Below are positions 29,720 to 39,545 of a stretch of 64,000 nt of DNA, in pieces. Below the pieces are notes generated by a model. It was given only the letters and a program-made list of their open reading frames with translations, was not told the origin of the DNA and made no database searches. Numbering within the stretch: position 1 is the stretch's first letter; each line of letters begins with the position of its first letter. Source of the stretch: Candidatus Melainabacteria bacterium 17Bon1m (lineage in GTDB: Bacteria; Cyanobacteriota; Vampirovibrionia; Obscuribacterales; Obscuribacteraceae); NCBI GenBank assembly GCA_032128875.1, contig JAVLKG010000012.1:1-64000 (forward strand), read 5' to 3'. Position numbers and translations under genes: made by a program.

Positions 29720-31303
29720 GTGGTGAGTTCAGTGGATCAATCAATATTCAATCAAAACCTTTATCAGCAAGCAGCATTTGTTAGCACCACCGTCGGTACT
29801 AGCCATCCGCAAAACGCGATTGCTGCAGAGACAACAAAGAAGGTATCGCTGCGCTCGATCGCCAGTGAATTGAATTCTCATGGATCTGTCTCATTGCATG
29901 ATCAGATCTTCTTTCATATAAAGAAAGCGCTCGATGATGGTCAGCTTGAGGATGTCTGTGACGGCCGACTTCCGTCTTTAAGGAATATGTCTGCGATGCT
30001 GGGAGTATCGCGCGAGACTGTTTCAAAAGCTATTTCAAAATTGACTGGATACGGCTATCTTTCCGCCGAGGAGCGCAAACGCATATATGTGCTTCCGAGA
30101 AAAGAAAGAACTTCGGTCAGTTTTTCCGATGAACTTCGATTTGCCAGTATTCACAACCAAGGCGCATCCACAGAAGCTGACGAGGTGGCTACTGATGAGC
30201 CGATGGATTTTCGTCCTCCGTCTGACGATAATGCCAGTCAAGGCACATACAGCAAGAACTACCTCACTCACAAGTACCTTAAGACACTTCGCCGTCAATC
30301 GGCAAAACGACCAAGAGCGGATCTCGATCCTTGTGGACTCGTTTCATTTCGAGAGGTGCTTTGTGAGCAGCTTAAGCGTGATTCGAACGTCTCGTGCCAA
30401 GCCGAGAATCTGATTGTTTTTCCGGATTACAAGTCATGCATTGATTTTATTGTTCGTCTAACAACAAAGCAGCGCTCCTGCTGCGTCGTCGAGGCTCCGG
30501 GGTCAGCGGACATTGCTTCTCTTCTCGACTTGAATGCTCGATCTATTGTGGAGATTCCAGTGGACGAGGAGGGGATGAGAACTGATATTTTGAATTCATA
30601 TGGTATCAGCGACGCAGTTTGTTTCGTATCCCCGTCTATGCAAGAGCCATTAGGTGTGCGTCTCTCGCACGCGCGGACCGAAACACTTGTGACTTGGGCA
30701 AAGTCAACAAACTCGCTCATTGTCGAGCACTCTTCGTCGCAAGGTTTTCTCCGCCTCGGCACCATTCCTTCTATGTGGCAAGCGAATGCAGATTTTGAGT
30801 GTGTGTTCGCATGGACTATCACATCTGCTCTTAAGCCTTGGACCCAGACTTGTTGCGCTGTTTTTTCAAACGGCTTGATTCAAGAAGCCCGCCGTCTGAA
30901 GCTTATCGTTGGTGGTGAAGTTGCTATCAATGAGCAGATGGCGATACAGGATTTCATTCTTGATGGTGACTTACTGCGTGCTCAAAGACAGCGCGAGTTG
31001 GTCAATCTTGAAAAACGGCGAAGACTTGGGCTTGCATTTTCTCGGGTATTCAGGGGCTTCTTGAGCGTCTGGAAGGGAAATTGCGGACCCAAAATGGTCT
31101 TCAGCGTTTCTCCTGAGGTAAATGCCGCACATCTTGCTGAGATGGCTAGAAGTTGCGGGCTGCCTGTCAGACTCTTGGACGAATCGCGTTTGAATGAGCA
31201 ACAAGCCGCTGAGCCTCGGCTGGCCTTTGACCTCGATTTGATCAATCTGGATGGTCTGTCCGGCAAAATCGAACAGCTCGAGGCCTTGTTCAAGGCGCTT
31301 TAG
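29720..31303 (+). CDS. MocR/GabR-like GntR regulator, divergent
   Basis: RLPSLRNMSAMLGVSRETVSKA HTH plus aminotransferase-like domain (EIPVDEEG, VSPSMQEPLG). Confidence 0.85.
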   Translation: MVSSVDQSIFNQNLYQQAAFVSTTVGTSHPQNAIAAETTKKVSLRSIASELNSHGSVSLHDQIFFHIKKALDDGQLEDVCDGRLPSLRNMSAMLGVSRETVSKAISKLTGYGYLSAEERKRIYVLPRKERTSVSFSDELRFASIHNQGASTEADEVATDEPMDFRPPSDDNASQGTYSKNYLTHKYLKTLRRQSAKRPRADLDPCGLVSFREVLCEQLKRDSNVSCQAENLIVFPDYKSCIDFIVRLTTKQRSCCVVEAPGSADIASLLDLNARSIVEIPVDEEGMRTDILNSYGISDAVCFVSPSMQEPLGVRLSHARTETLVTWAKSTNSLIVEHSSSQGFLRLGTIPSMWQANADFECVFAWTITSALKPWTQTCCAVFSNGLIQEARRLKLIVGGEVAINEQMAIQDFILDGDLLRAQRQRELVNLEKRRRLGLAFSRVFRGFLSVWKGNCGPKMVFSVSPEVNAAHLAEMARSCGLPVRLLDESRLNEQQAAEPRLAFDLDLINLDGLSGKIEQLEALFKAL

Positions 31304-31333
31304 GGTCACACGCTGGGCGCGGCGCCCATTTTA

Positions 31334-31362
31334 TTCCGAAATTTTACACAAATCATTCCGGA
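31334..31362 (+). promoter_or_regulatory. Conserved 29-bp upstream motif, copy 6
   Basis: TTCCGAAA-TTT-TACACAAA-TCA-TTCCGGA. Confidence 0.6.
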
Positions 31363-31423
31363 CGTGTTTACAAGGTCAACCGCAAAATGCAGGGACTGGA
31401 ATGCTTCACCTGGAGATTACGAG

Positions 31424-32791
31424 ATGTCGAACCAAGCTGCTGAGAAAGATGCGCACCTGGATGCACAAAGAATGAACGCGGGTCAAAGCGTTGGTGACAA
31501 AACACAGGTGCTTCTAGAAGAAGTTAATAACGCGCACCAAGAATACGCTAGCAATCCGGAAGGCTACAAGGCCTGGTTTCAAACTGTTCGTGGCGATCTG
31601 AAGAATGACACTTCCAATGGCAATCAATTACTACAGACTCTGGAGCTTTATGACAGCACTAGCGGACCGACTGACCAGCGACTAGTGCAAGCTCTGGATC
31701 GCAATGGGCAGGAGCTGGAAAATGCCTTGGATACTTATGCGACTAACAAAGGAGCAAGCAACGAGGGTAGCGATGGTGAATTTGCCGATTCCGACATTCA
31801 AGCATTCTTAGATGATGTTGGTGTCGAAGGTTCTGTGGCGAACAGGCTAGCTGGACAAAGCCCGGAAGACTTGAAGAACCTCCTCACTTCTTTGCGCGAC
31901 AAAGAGGGCGAAGCTCACACCAAGACGAGTTTGCTAGATGGTCTAGGCTATCGCGACAGTGATGATGATCCGAATACTGCCGACATCGATGGATTCAGAA
32001 ACGACCATCCAATGCCGGGACCTGGCGAAGATTACAATCCTGATCAACCACAAAACGCTGTTGTATTTTCTGAGAATGGCAAGCCGCAAACGATAGTTCA
32101 AGCTGATGGAACCAGCACTGCACTACATTATGATTCAAACAATAATATTGACGGCATCAATGTCTCGAGATTCGAAAATGGAGCGCAGGCAAATCACCAG
32201 TTGAAGCGAACAGCTGATGGTTCATGGGTTGACGAGAATGGTAATAAAGCCCCAATACAAGCGCCATTCATAGACGGACAAGGCAATTTCGGCTTCTACA
32301 CTCCGCAAGAAGGTAATCCAAATCTGTATAAGAAAACTACAGTTGATACCTACTCCGGCAAATCATCAGTCGAAGACGTAGATTTGAATGGAACAGATCA
32401 AGCTGGTGCGCCGATTGCGATTGCCGGTCTGAATCGACCGTTGAATGTTGATGGTTCCAACCAAGGCAATTTTAAAGTTGGCAACTTAGATGTTCATTCA
32501 GCAGCATTGCAAGAAGGACAAGCAGTTGGTGACGCTGGTTTGAATTCACAGGCGCAAGCGTCTTACACAATCAAGGACGGTGACAACCTGACGAACATTG
32601 TAAGAAACGCCCTGAATTTGCCTGCTGGTTATGACGGACCAGAACTTCAAGCGGCCATGAAGCAATTGGCTGATGCGAATAAGTATCAGGATCTGGACAC
32701 TATCAATGCTGGTACTGAGTTGATCATTCCACCCGATTGGAATACCCGTCCTGTGGTGGTACCGCCACCTGCCGCCGTTCCAGCTGCATAG
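31424..32791 (+). CDS. C-terminal LysM-domain protein
   Basis: YTIKDGDNLTNI...LADAN...DLDTINAGTELIIP; GGAG RBS before the ATG at 31424. Confidence 0.85.
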   Translation: MSNQAAEKDAHLDAQRMNAGQSVGDKTQVLLEEVNNAHQEYASNPEGYKAWFQTVRGDLKNDTSNGNQLLQTLELYDSTSGPTDQRLVQALDRNGQELENALDTYATNKGASNEGSDGEFADSDIQAFLDDVGVEGSVANRLAGQSPEDLKNLLTSLRDKEGEAHTKTSLLDGLGYRDSDDDPNTADIDGFRNDHPMPGPGEDYNPDQPQNAVVFSENGKPQTIVQADGTSTALHYDSNNNIDGINVSRFENGAQANHQLKRTADGSWVDENGNKAPIQAPFIDGQGNFGFYTPQEGNPNLYKKTTVDTYSGKSSVEDVDLNGTDQAGAPIAIAGLNRPLNVDGSNQGNFKVGNLDVHSAALQEGQAVGDAGLNSQAQASYTIKDGDNLTNIVRNALNLPAGYDGPELQAAMKQLADANKYQDLDTINAGTELIIPPDWNTRPVVVPPPAAVPAA

Positions 32792-32844
32792 CGATGGCGT
32801 CATTCGCTAAGACACAGTAATTATTTCGACAAGGAGAACCACTC

Positions 32845-33417
32845 ATGGGCGGATTCAACGATGGCGCCGGCGATAGCGCGAGCAGTAAGAAAGACGGCAA
32901 AGGTGATAGCGGAAGTCGAGACAACGAACGAAGCGGTAGCTCTGGCGACAATCTAAACGATAGCCGCTTGGGCGGCCGGCCAAGTGGAAGAAGTGGAAAC
33001 GAAAGTAGTGTTGGCGACGGAAGAAACGGTGAAAGCCGAGGAACGAACAGCGTAGGAAGCCGCGGAGATAATAGCGAGAATGGTGGTCAGCCCAACGGCG
33101 AAACCAACGAACCAAGAAACGAAAGTGAAGGAGGAGGCGAAGGTGGTGGTGAAGGGGGCGGTGAAGGAGGCCAGGAACAACCACCGGATTGCGATCCTGT
33201 GAGAGATGAAGCCATTCCACGTCCGCCAAGGCGACACGATCACGACTATGTTTGGCCTATTCCGGTCGAGAATCCATATCCTCCCACTTCAAAAATCAGC
33301 GCAAGTGGCGGGTACAACACCCAAATTCGACCTGGCGGCTCCTCCAGTGTCGATGCACCAATTGTCGGTGTTAGTGGTGGCGGCTCTGTCCTTCCTGTTT
33401 TGACTATTGGTCCTTAG
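32845..33417 (+). CDS. Gly/Ser/Asn-rich low-complexity protein
   Basis: AAGGAG RBS; GGEG repeats. Confidence 0.7.
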   Translation: MGGFNDGAGDSASSKKDGKGDSGSRDNERSGSSGDNLNDSRLGGRPSGRSGNESSVGDGRNGESRGTNSVGSRGDNSENGGQPNGETNEPRNESEGGGEGGGEGGGEGGQEQPPDCDPVRDEAIPRPPRRHDHDYVWPIPVENPYPPTSKISASGGYNTQIRPGGSSSVDAPIVGVSGGGSVLPVLTIGP

Positions 33418-33447
33418 ATAACGTGCGAGGTTTTGCGAAACTTCGTA

Positions 33448-33476
33448 TAAACAAAAAATGCACAAAACGTTCCGGA
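33448..33476 (+). promoter_or_regulatory. Conserved 29-bp upstream motif, copy 7
   Basis: TAAACAAA-AAA-TGCACAAA-ACG-TTCCGGA. Confidence 0.65.
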
Positions 33477-33539
33477 CTCATTGCGTTTTTCTGAATAGTG
33501 TAGATGGACGCGGTTCATAATTAACAGGAAACACGCCCG

Positions 33540-34703
33540 ATGCCACCCTTTGATGGAAACCTATTGCAAATGCCACCAGGTTTGAACCCGCTTATGGGAG
33601 ACCTAGCCGGAGCTGCTTGGCAGTTGCCGTTTGGCGACAGAATGCCAGGACCCGAGCCATCTCAACTCGCTTTTGGTGACATTTTTCAACAGTTGGGTGT
33701 CGGCAATGCCGGCGATCAAACTCCCGCTCAATTCGAAGATGTATTCAAAAATGCTTCCAATATTGAGTTTAGCTCTCAGGCTCAGAATCAGCGTTCTGGA
33801 AAACAGCCCGACTTCTTTTTGAATGCACAGGGGAAGTTGATCAAAAATCCAAACGCTGAACCACTGCAGCCTGGGCAACCATTGAATATTGAAATACAAG
33901 CGAATGCTGGTGAAGCAACGCCTCAACTTCAAGGCGCCATACAATCAGTACTCGATATCTTCTCCAAGTTTCATCCAAACATTCCGTTCTTCCCCCGCAC
34001 TTGGCAGGAAGTTATGCAATTGCTGGCTCAAGCTGCCGGCGCTGAATCAACTGATAGCGCAGCTGGTGGTGCCGGCTCTATGCAGCGTGCTGCGTATGAC
34101 AGTGGCGCTGGTGGTGGTGGTGGTGGTGGTGGCGGAAGTGGTGGTGGCGGCGGTGGCGGATATGGTGGAGAACAAGGTCTTCAGGGTGGCGGCGGCGGCG
34201 GAGGCGGAGGCTCAGACGCCCCTCCCGCTAATGTAGCCGCAGTGCCCTGGGATGGACAGAGTAAGGGCGACATGAATCTCATGGAGCTCTCTGAACAAGC
34301 GGCTTTACAAGGCCGTCAACTGTGGGCAGAAACTGAATGGGCGAACGTATGCCAGGGAGGCAATGTTGGTTGTGCCGCGTCTGTCTCAAAGATATTGCAA
34401 GAGGGTGGCTACGGCTACGCGGGCGATGCTGCGGTAGTAAACCTCGCAGGCGAACTTGCAGCCAACGGTTGGAGTCAGTCAGACGGTCCTGAATCGGCTC
34501 AGCCTGGCGATGTCATTTACGCCGATGGCGGCGGAGATCGCCAACATATAGGAATTGTAGGTGTTGATGAAAATGGCAATAAAGTCATATACAACAACCA
34601 CTCTTCAACCGGTGTTTGGACCAAAGATCCCTTCAATGCTTGTTCAATAATCACCGATTACAGTCCAGGTCAGGTTCACGTTCTGCACGCCCCTCCGAAA
34701 TAG
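33540..34703 (+). CDS. Poly-Gly-linked protein with C-terminal NlpC/P60/CHAP-like amidase domain
   Basis: GCAASVS...QPGDVI...HIGIV...YNN (Cys-His papain-like pattern). Confidence 0.75.
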   Translation: MPPFDGNLLQMPPGLNPLMGDLAGAAWQLPFGDRMPGPEPSQLAFGDIFQQLGVGNAGDQTPAQFEDVFKNASNIEFSSQAQNQRSGKQPDFFLNAQGKLIKNPNAEPLQPGQPLNIEIQANAGEATPQLQGAIQSVLDIFSKFHPNIPFFPRTWQEVMQLLAQAAGAESTDSAAGGAGSMQRAAYDSGAGGGGGGGGGSGGGGGGGYGGEQGLQGGGGGGGGGSDAPPANVAAVPWDGQSKGDMNLMELSEQAALQGRQLWAETEWANVCQGGNVGCAASVSKILQEGGYGYAGDAAVVNLAGELAANGWSQSDGPESAQPGDVIYADGGGDRQHIGIVGVDENGNKVIYNNHSSTGVWTKDPFNACSIITDYSPGQVHVLHAPPK

Positions 34704-34720
34704 GAGCCGTTCAACCTAAT

Positions 34721-34822
34721 ATGGTCCAACCGAAGAACGTCCCGTAGTAAGAGAGTCCAGTCGTAAGAAGGTCCAATCGTGAGGGAGTCCAGTTGTGGAT
34801 GAGTCTAGTTGTGAATGAGACC
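34721..34822 (+). repeat. Degenerate 16-bp tandem repeat (about 6 units)
   Basis: ACGTCCCGTAGTAAGA / GAGTCCAGTCGTAAGA / AGGTCCAATCGTGAGG / GAGTCCAGTTGTGGAT / GAGTCTAGTTGTGAAT. Confidence 0.7.
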
Positions 34823-35001
34823 GAAGCAGAAGAAGATGACTAAAAGGCTGCACGCATAGTTAACTACGACCGGATGTTTCTGTCCTGTGCTTTGATGTGC
34901 GCCAGTTGACATTTCTGCCTCTGGCTTCGCTGCGAGGCTGGCATTCGATCAAAATTGGCATAAAGAGATAAAATGGTAGTGTCTCTTGAATTGCTATTCG
35001 T

Positions 35002-35712
35002 TTGATGACCCGTTCGTCCCTGAAAATTAGCCTTTCACTGCTTGCCGCGTCCTCTGTTTTCTCCGTCGCGGCCGTGACAGCACGTACAGTTGTTGACACC
35101 GCAGAGATGCTCTCCAGAAGCGGTCATCGCTCTGATGCCATTCGTGTCACGACAGATGCGATTAAGCAATCTCCCAGGAATGCGAGTCTTTATGCACTCC
35201 GTGCAAAGTACTACATAGCTGCCGAGGAATATAAGCTTGGACTGGCTGATCTGAAGAAGGCGGTTACCCTAGAGCCTAATCAAAACAACGCGTGGCTCTA
35301 TCGCATGATGGCCGACTGTGATGCCAACCTGGAAAAATATGATGCTGCAATTGTTGATTTGAAAACTGCGATTGCAATTTCGCCCAATGACGAATACTAC
35401 AAAATGCTCGGCGAAATCAATTATCAGCTCAAGCGTTATGACGAGGCAATCAGCTGTTATAACAAAGGAATCGCCTTAAACAAGAAAGGTTTTTGGCTCT
35501 ACAAGGGCAGAGGCGATGTCTTCTTTCTGCAGCATAAGTATCAAAAGGCTGTCGACGATTACACGAGTGTGATCAACATTGTTCCGAAAGATCCGATGGG
35601 TTACGGCGCAAGAGCAAAAGCCTATGAGAGACTCGGTAGAAAAGATTTAGCTGCGAAGGACTATGCGAGAGGCCGTAAAGACGCCGATTTTATGTCCGAC
35701 ATATTGAAATAG
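35002..35712 (+). CDS. Exported TPR protein
   Basis: Signal-like N-terminus; about 5 TPRs. Confidence 0.85.
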   Translation: MMTRSSLKISLSLLAASSVFSVAAVTARTVVDTAEMLSRSGHRSDAIRVTTDAIKQSPRNASLYALRAKYYIAAEEYKLGLADLKKAVTLEPNQNNAWLYRMMADCDANLEKYDAAIVDLKTAIAISPNDEYYKMLGEINYQLKRYDEAISCYNKGIALNKKGFWLYKGRGDVFFLQHKYQKAVDDYTSVINIVPKDPMGYGARAKAYERLGRKDLAAKDYARGRKDADFMSDILK

Positions 35713-35722
35713 GCGCGATGCT

Positions 35723-38700
35723 ATGAGACTTACGCTAACTCATAAAGTCGTCATAGCAATCGCAATTCCTGTCATATGTCAGATTGGTCTTTTGTCACTG
35801 TTGCTGCGTTCGGTTGAAAGCCTAGACAATTTAGAGAGGCAAGAGCGAGCGACTTCACGAGTGCTTGAGTGCAAGAAGCAGATTTGCACGGCTGAAGCGC
35901 TGGTTTTTCTCTATTATGCTTTGTATCGTGCTTCTCAAAAACCGGAATACAAGAAAGCGCTGTTACAGACGCAAGAATTGCAAAGGACTGGCTTTAACAA
36001 CCTACGCGTTCTTTGGAAAGGTGACAAGGTAAAGCTGCAAATTTTGCACGACCAGTGGATGGCTGGGATGCAGCAGAGAATTGCGTTTCGATTGACAGCT
36101 GATATGCCACGCGCAGAAAGACTGAGGGATTTCTTTGGTGGGGATATCACTGGGCGAGAAGGTATCTTTTTCAATACTGATCGTGGCAATTTAGGCCGTT
36201 TGTTTGAAGAGCTGGAGCGCTCTCAGTCCCGCCTTCTGCGAGAATCTCAAGAAAGAGAAACCGCAATAAAACAGTCCATCTTGGCAATTTTGTTTGCGTC
36301 TATTTTGATTAGCGTTGGTGCCGGTCTTTTGTTCAGCCGTTCGATTGCTGTTCGGCTCAAAAAAATAGTCGATAACATACATGCTATGGAGACGGAGGAT
36401 GTAGTGCTTGCGCCGGTAGGTGGGCATGATGAGATCGCTGCTCTCAATGATGCAATCATTGATACCAATCGAAAGATCAAAGAAGCCGAGCAGTTTCAAG
36501 CTCAGACTGCGCGCATTGTGGCGCAAGAACTAGAACAGCCTCTCAATCAAATCAATCACTATTTGGAAACGTTGAAGAACAGTGGATTTGATGAGTTGAA
36601 TGCCAATGGCGAAGAGCGCATTGAGCGGTCTTTGTTGGAAGTAACTCGACTGCGAGCGCTGGTAAAAGACCTGATCAGTTTGGACAAGATTAGTCGTATC
36701 GGATGGGAGCTTGAGTTTGTACAGGTCAATCTGAAGGATATTGCGAAAACGGCCGTAGATACAGTTCAAGATTATGCAAATCAGTCAGGAGTTGAGCTGA
36801 TTTCGCGTCTTGATGATGTGCTGATTATTGGTGATCCTTCCCGACTTCAACAGATTGCACTTAATTTGCTGACCAACGCAATCAAGTTTTCGAAGCGAAA
36901 AGCAAAAGTTGAAGTTGAAACAATCAGTGAGAACAATTTTGGCAAACTTTCTGTTGTCGACCATGGAACGGGGATTCCAGAAGAGTTTCAGCAGAAAATT
37001 TTTGGACACTTTGAACAGGCTTCTCACTCTGATGGTGCAGAGAAGGGTGGATCTGGGCTTGGGCTCGCCATCAGCAAAAGGTTGGTTGAATCACAACAAG
37101 GAAGAATGGGATTCAAGTCACAGCTTGGTGAAGGTTCGACGTTCTGGTTTTCTTTACCTCTTGCAGAATTGTCGCCGAATCATGTTTCCAAATTGGAGAA
37201 ACAGCAGGTCGGTCTTCAGCGGCTAAGCATCAAGCCAGATAAGTCGATGGATACCGCTCATGTAACTGATGACTCCACAAGTAAAACTAATTCCAGCAGC
37301 AAGAATGTCTCGAGTAAACGCTATCGTTCAACTTTATGGCGAAATAGCCTTGTCATTGTGCTTCTGCCATTGATTGTTCAGGTAATCACAATTGTGGGTC
37401 TCTGGAATGTAATTAGTTCTATTCGCGGCAATGTCAACGAAATCCACCGCTTCAGTCAAATTACGAGCCTTCATTCCAATCTTCTGGATGCACTAATCCG
37501 TGCGGATGTGTACGCCATCATGTATAACGTTTCACCTTCTAATGTAACTACAACCTACACGGAGCGAAGTCGTTATCTCGTAAGAAGGATTGTTGATCAA
37601 CTCCGTGTCATTTGCGCTTCTGATGCGGTTTTGGCAAGGGACGTCGAGTCTTTGGACAAAATGGTGCAAGAACATATTCAGATCCAAGAAGAGTTCATTA
37701 AGGCGCCATATGATTCTGGCGTCGAACAATTTTTTGGACACAATTCACTTGCTGACACCGAGCGGAAAATGGCGCAACTAGTCATTCCGATTGAGCAAGC
37801 TGCAAAGCAAGAGAAAAAGCTGGTAGAACAGAATGTTTGGGCAAAGACTGATATGCGACAAATCGTTGGCAACATTATTCTGGCTTCCGCGTTGTTTGCG
37901 ATACTCCTTTCAATCGGCTATGGCATCTACACTATTCGTGGATTGACAACGCGTGTGCGCAGGATCGTCGACAACACCAAGCGTCTGGAAGCGCGCGAAC
38001 CCTTGCTGCCAACGTCAGGAAAAGAGGACGAGATCGGGTTTGTTGAGCAGTCGTTTTCAGACGCTGCAACGAAGTTGACCAAGCTTGAGCACTACAAGCA
38101 AGAATTGATAGCCTTGACCTCTCATGAATTTCGTACACCTCTCACCTCACTTCTTGCAAAAGCCGATTTGATGCAGGCAGGAGTTTTTGGCCCGCTAAAC
38201 GCTGATGGGCAGATAGTCGTGGTTAAGCTGAAGAGAAGCATTTCCGACCTGATCGCACTTCTCACGAATTTGCTCGATGTAGAAAAAGTGCAGTCAGGTA
38301 AAAGCTTAGTCGTCAAAAAAGATGTGCAACTGTCGGAAATTTTGAACAAAGCCTTGATGAATGTTAGTGACTCGGTAGAGGAGAAACAGATTGACCTTAA
38401 ACTGCCGCAGGCAGAGGTCAGCATCAATGCCGATGCCACGCGGCTTGTTCAGTCGTTGACGGCCGTGTTGAACGACATTATGCAACATGCTTCTGCTCGA
38501 TCAACAATTTCACTTGAGAGTAAAACTGTTAACAATTGGTTGAATTTGACAATCAACGCACCTGGCGGGGAGTGCAGTAAGGAAGCCTTAAATACGGCGA
38601 GTGCGCGAGGTCGTCTCGCTTCTGACTTGTTACGTCTCATGGTTCAACAACATGGGGGGCGCACTTCAATCGAACCGAGCGATGAACGCTTGGTTGTTCA

Positions 38701-38725
38701 GATAGTTTTGCCCTGCGGTGTTTGA
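35723..38725 (+). CDS. Tandem (duplicated) membrane sensor histidine kinase
   Basis: Two TM-sensor-TM-HAMP-HisKA-HATPase modules; NLLTNAIKF, DHGTG, GSGLGL in module 1; SHEFRTPL in module 2. Confidence 0.9.
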   Translation: MRLTLTHKVVIAIAIPVICQIGLLSLLLRSVESLDNLERQERATSRVLECKKQICTAEALVFLYYALYRASQKPEYKKALLQTQELQRTGFNNLRVLWKGDKVKLQILHDQWMAGMQQRIAFRLTADMPRAERLRDFFGGDITGREGIFFNTDRGNLGRLFEELERSQSRLLRESQERETAIKQSILAILFASILISVGAGLLFSRSIAVRLKKIVDNIHAMETEDVVLAPVGGHDEIAALNDAIIDTNRKIKEAEQFQAQTARIVAQELEQPLNQINHYLETLKNSGFDELNANGEERIERSLLEVTRLRALVKDLISLDKISRIGWELEFVQVNLKDIAKTAVDTVQDYANQSGVELISRLDDVLIIGDPSRLQQIALNLLTNAIKFSKRKAKVEVETISENNFGKLSVVDHGTGIPEEFQQKIFGHFEQASHSDGAEKGGSGLGLAISKRLVESQQGRMGFKSQLGEGSTFWFSLPLAELSPNHVSKLEKQQVGLQRLSIKPDKSMDTAHVTDDSTSKTNSSSKNVSSKRYRSTLWRNSLVIVLLPLIVQVITIVGLWNVISSIRGNVNEIHRFSQITSLHSNLLDALIRADVYAIMYNVSPSNVTTTYTERSRYLVRRIVDQLRVICASDAVLARDVESLDKMVQEHIQIQEEFIKAPYDSGVEQFFGHNSLADTERKMAQLVIPIEQAAKQEKKLVEQNVWAKTDMRQIVGNIILASALFAILLSIGYGIYTIRGLTTRVRRIVDNTKRLEAREPLLPTSGKEDEIGFVEQSFSDAATKLTKLEHYKQELIALTSHEFRTPLTSLLAKADLMQAGVFGPLNADGQIVVVKLKRSISDLIALLTNLLDVEKVQSGKSLVVKKDVQLSEILNKALMNVSDSVEEKQIDLKLPQAEVSINADATRLVQSLTAVLNDIMQHASARSTISLESKTVNNWLNLTINAPGGECSKEALNTASARGRLASDLLRLMVQQHGGRTSIEPSDERLVVQIVLPCGV

Positions 38726-38775
38726 CCGATCAACTGTAGTTTTCGACTAGGATGGTCATCCACGATAAATCCTAG

Positions 38776-39411
38776 CTACCTTTTCTGAAGCCTTTCTGTC
38801 ACCCAGTTTTGTATTCCTTCAACTGTGCCCGCAATGTCTATTGCTGTTGTGTCGAGAATTGTCATTTTTGGCTCTGTTTTCTCGGAATTCTCTTTCAACC
38901 AGTTGTTGAATTCGACCATGTTTTTGAGGTTTTCCTCTGAGCCTGATTGCCGCCAGTGCGGACGGGCCATCAGTCGATTTTTCAATTCTTCCGGCTCGCA
39001 ATAGAGTGACAAATAGTGGATTTTTTCGATGTAACGTCGCTCGTTCAATGTTTCGAATTGTTCGGGAATGGCGCTGCCAAAGAGAACAACTGGACGGCCA
39101 GCTTGATTGATGTTCTTTGCCAATCGCAGCCAAGTATTGCGAAACGCTTTGTAATTGTCGTCCGGCGTGTTGAAAGTTTCGTTCCACAAAATATCCTGGT
39201 CTAGCACGACCACTTCTTTCATCAGTCGTGACAGCTTCAACGCCGCAGTCGTTTTTCCCGATCCGCTGGCGCCAGTGACGATAAAGAGCGGCAGGAGAAC
39301 GAAAGGGCTGCCGTACTGGCAGTGGGGGCAAATAGCAACGGGCGGCACTGGGATGACGTCTTTGTCATCGCTGTACTCTCCGCAACCCGGGCAAACATTG
39401 AACATGGGCAC
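38776..39411 (-). CDS. P-loop (nucleoside/AAA_33-like) kinase with N-terminal zinc ribbon
   Basis: CPGC...CPHC; GASGSGKTT. Confidence 0.8.
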   Translation of the reverse strand: MPMFNVCPGCGEYSDDKDVIPVPPVAICPHCQYGSPFVLLPLFIVTGASGSGKTTAALKLSRLMKEVVVLDQDILWNETFNTPDDNYKAFRNTWLRLAKNINQAGRPVVLFGSAIPEQFETLNERRYIEKIHYLSLYCEPEELKNRLMARPHWRQSGSEENLKNMVEFNNWLKENSEKTEPKMTILDTTAIDIAGTVEGIQNWVTERLQKR

Positions 39412-39545
39412 CTCCGCGGCAACAGTTGTAGCACGGCTCCTTGTCTGGCGGAGGTTCTAAAGTGTCAATAAATGGAAAAATCCAGTCACTAGATGTGTTT
39501 GCCGGATTCAAAGGGCATAAAATTTAGAGAGGTCAAGGTGTACTT

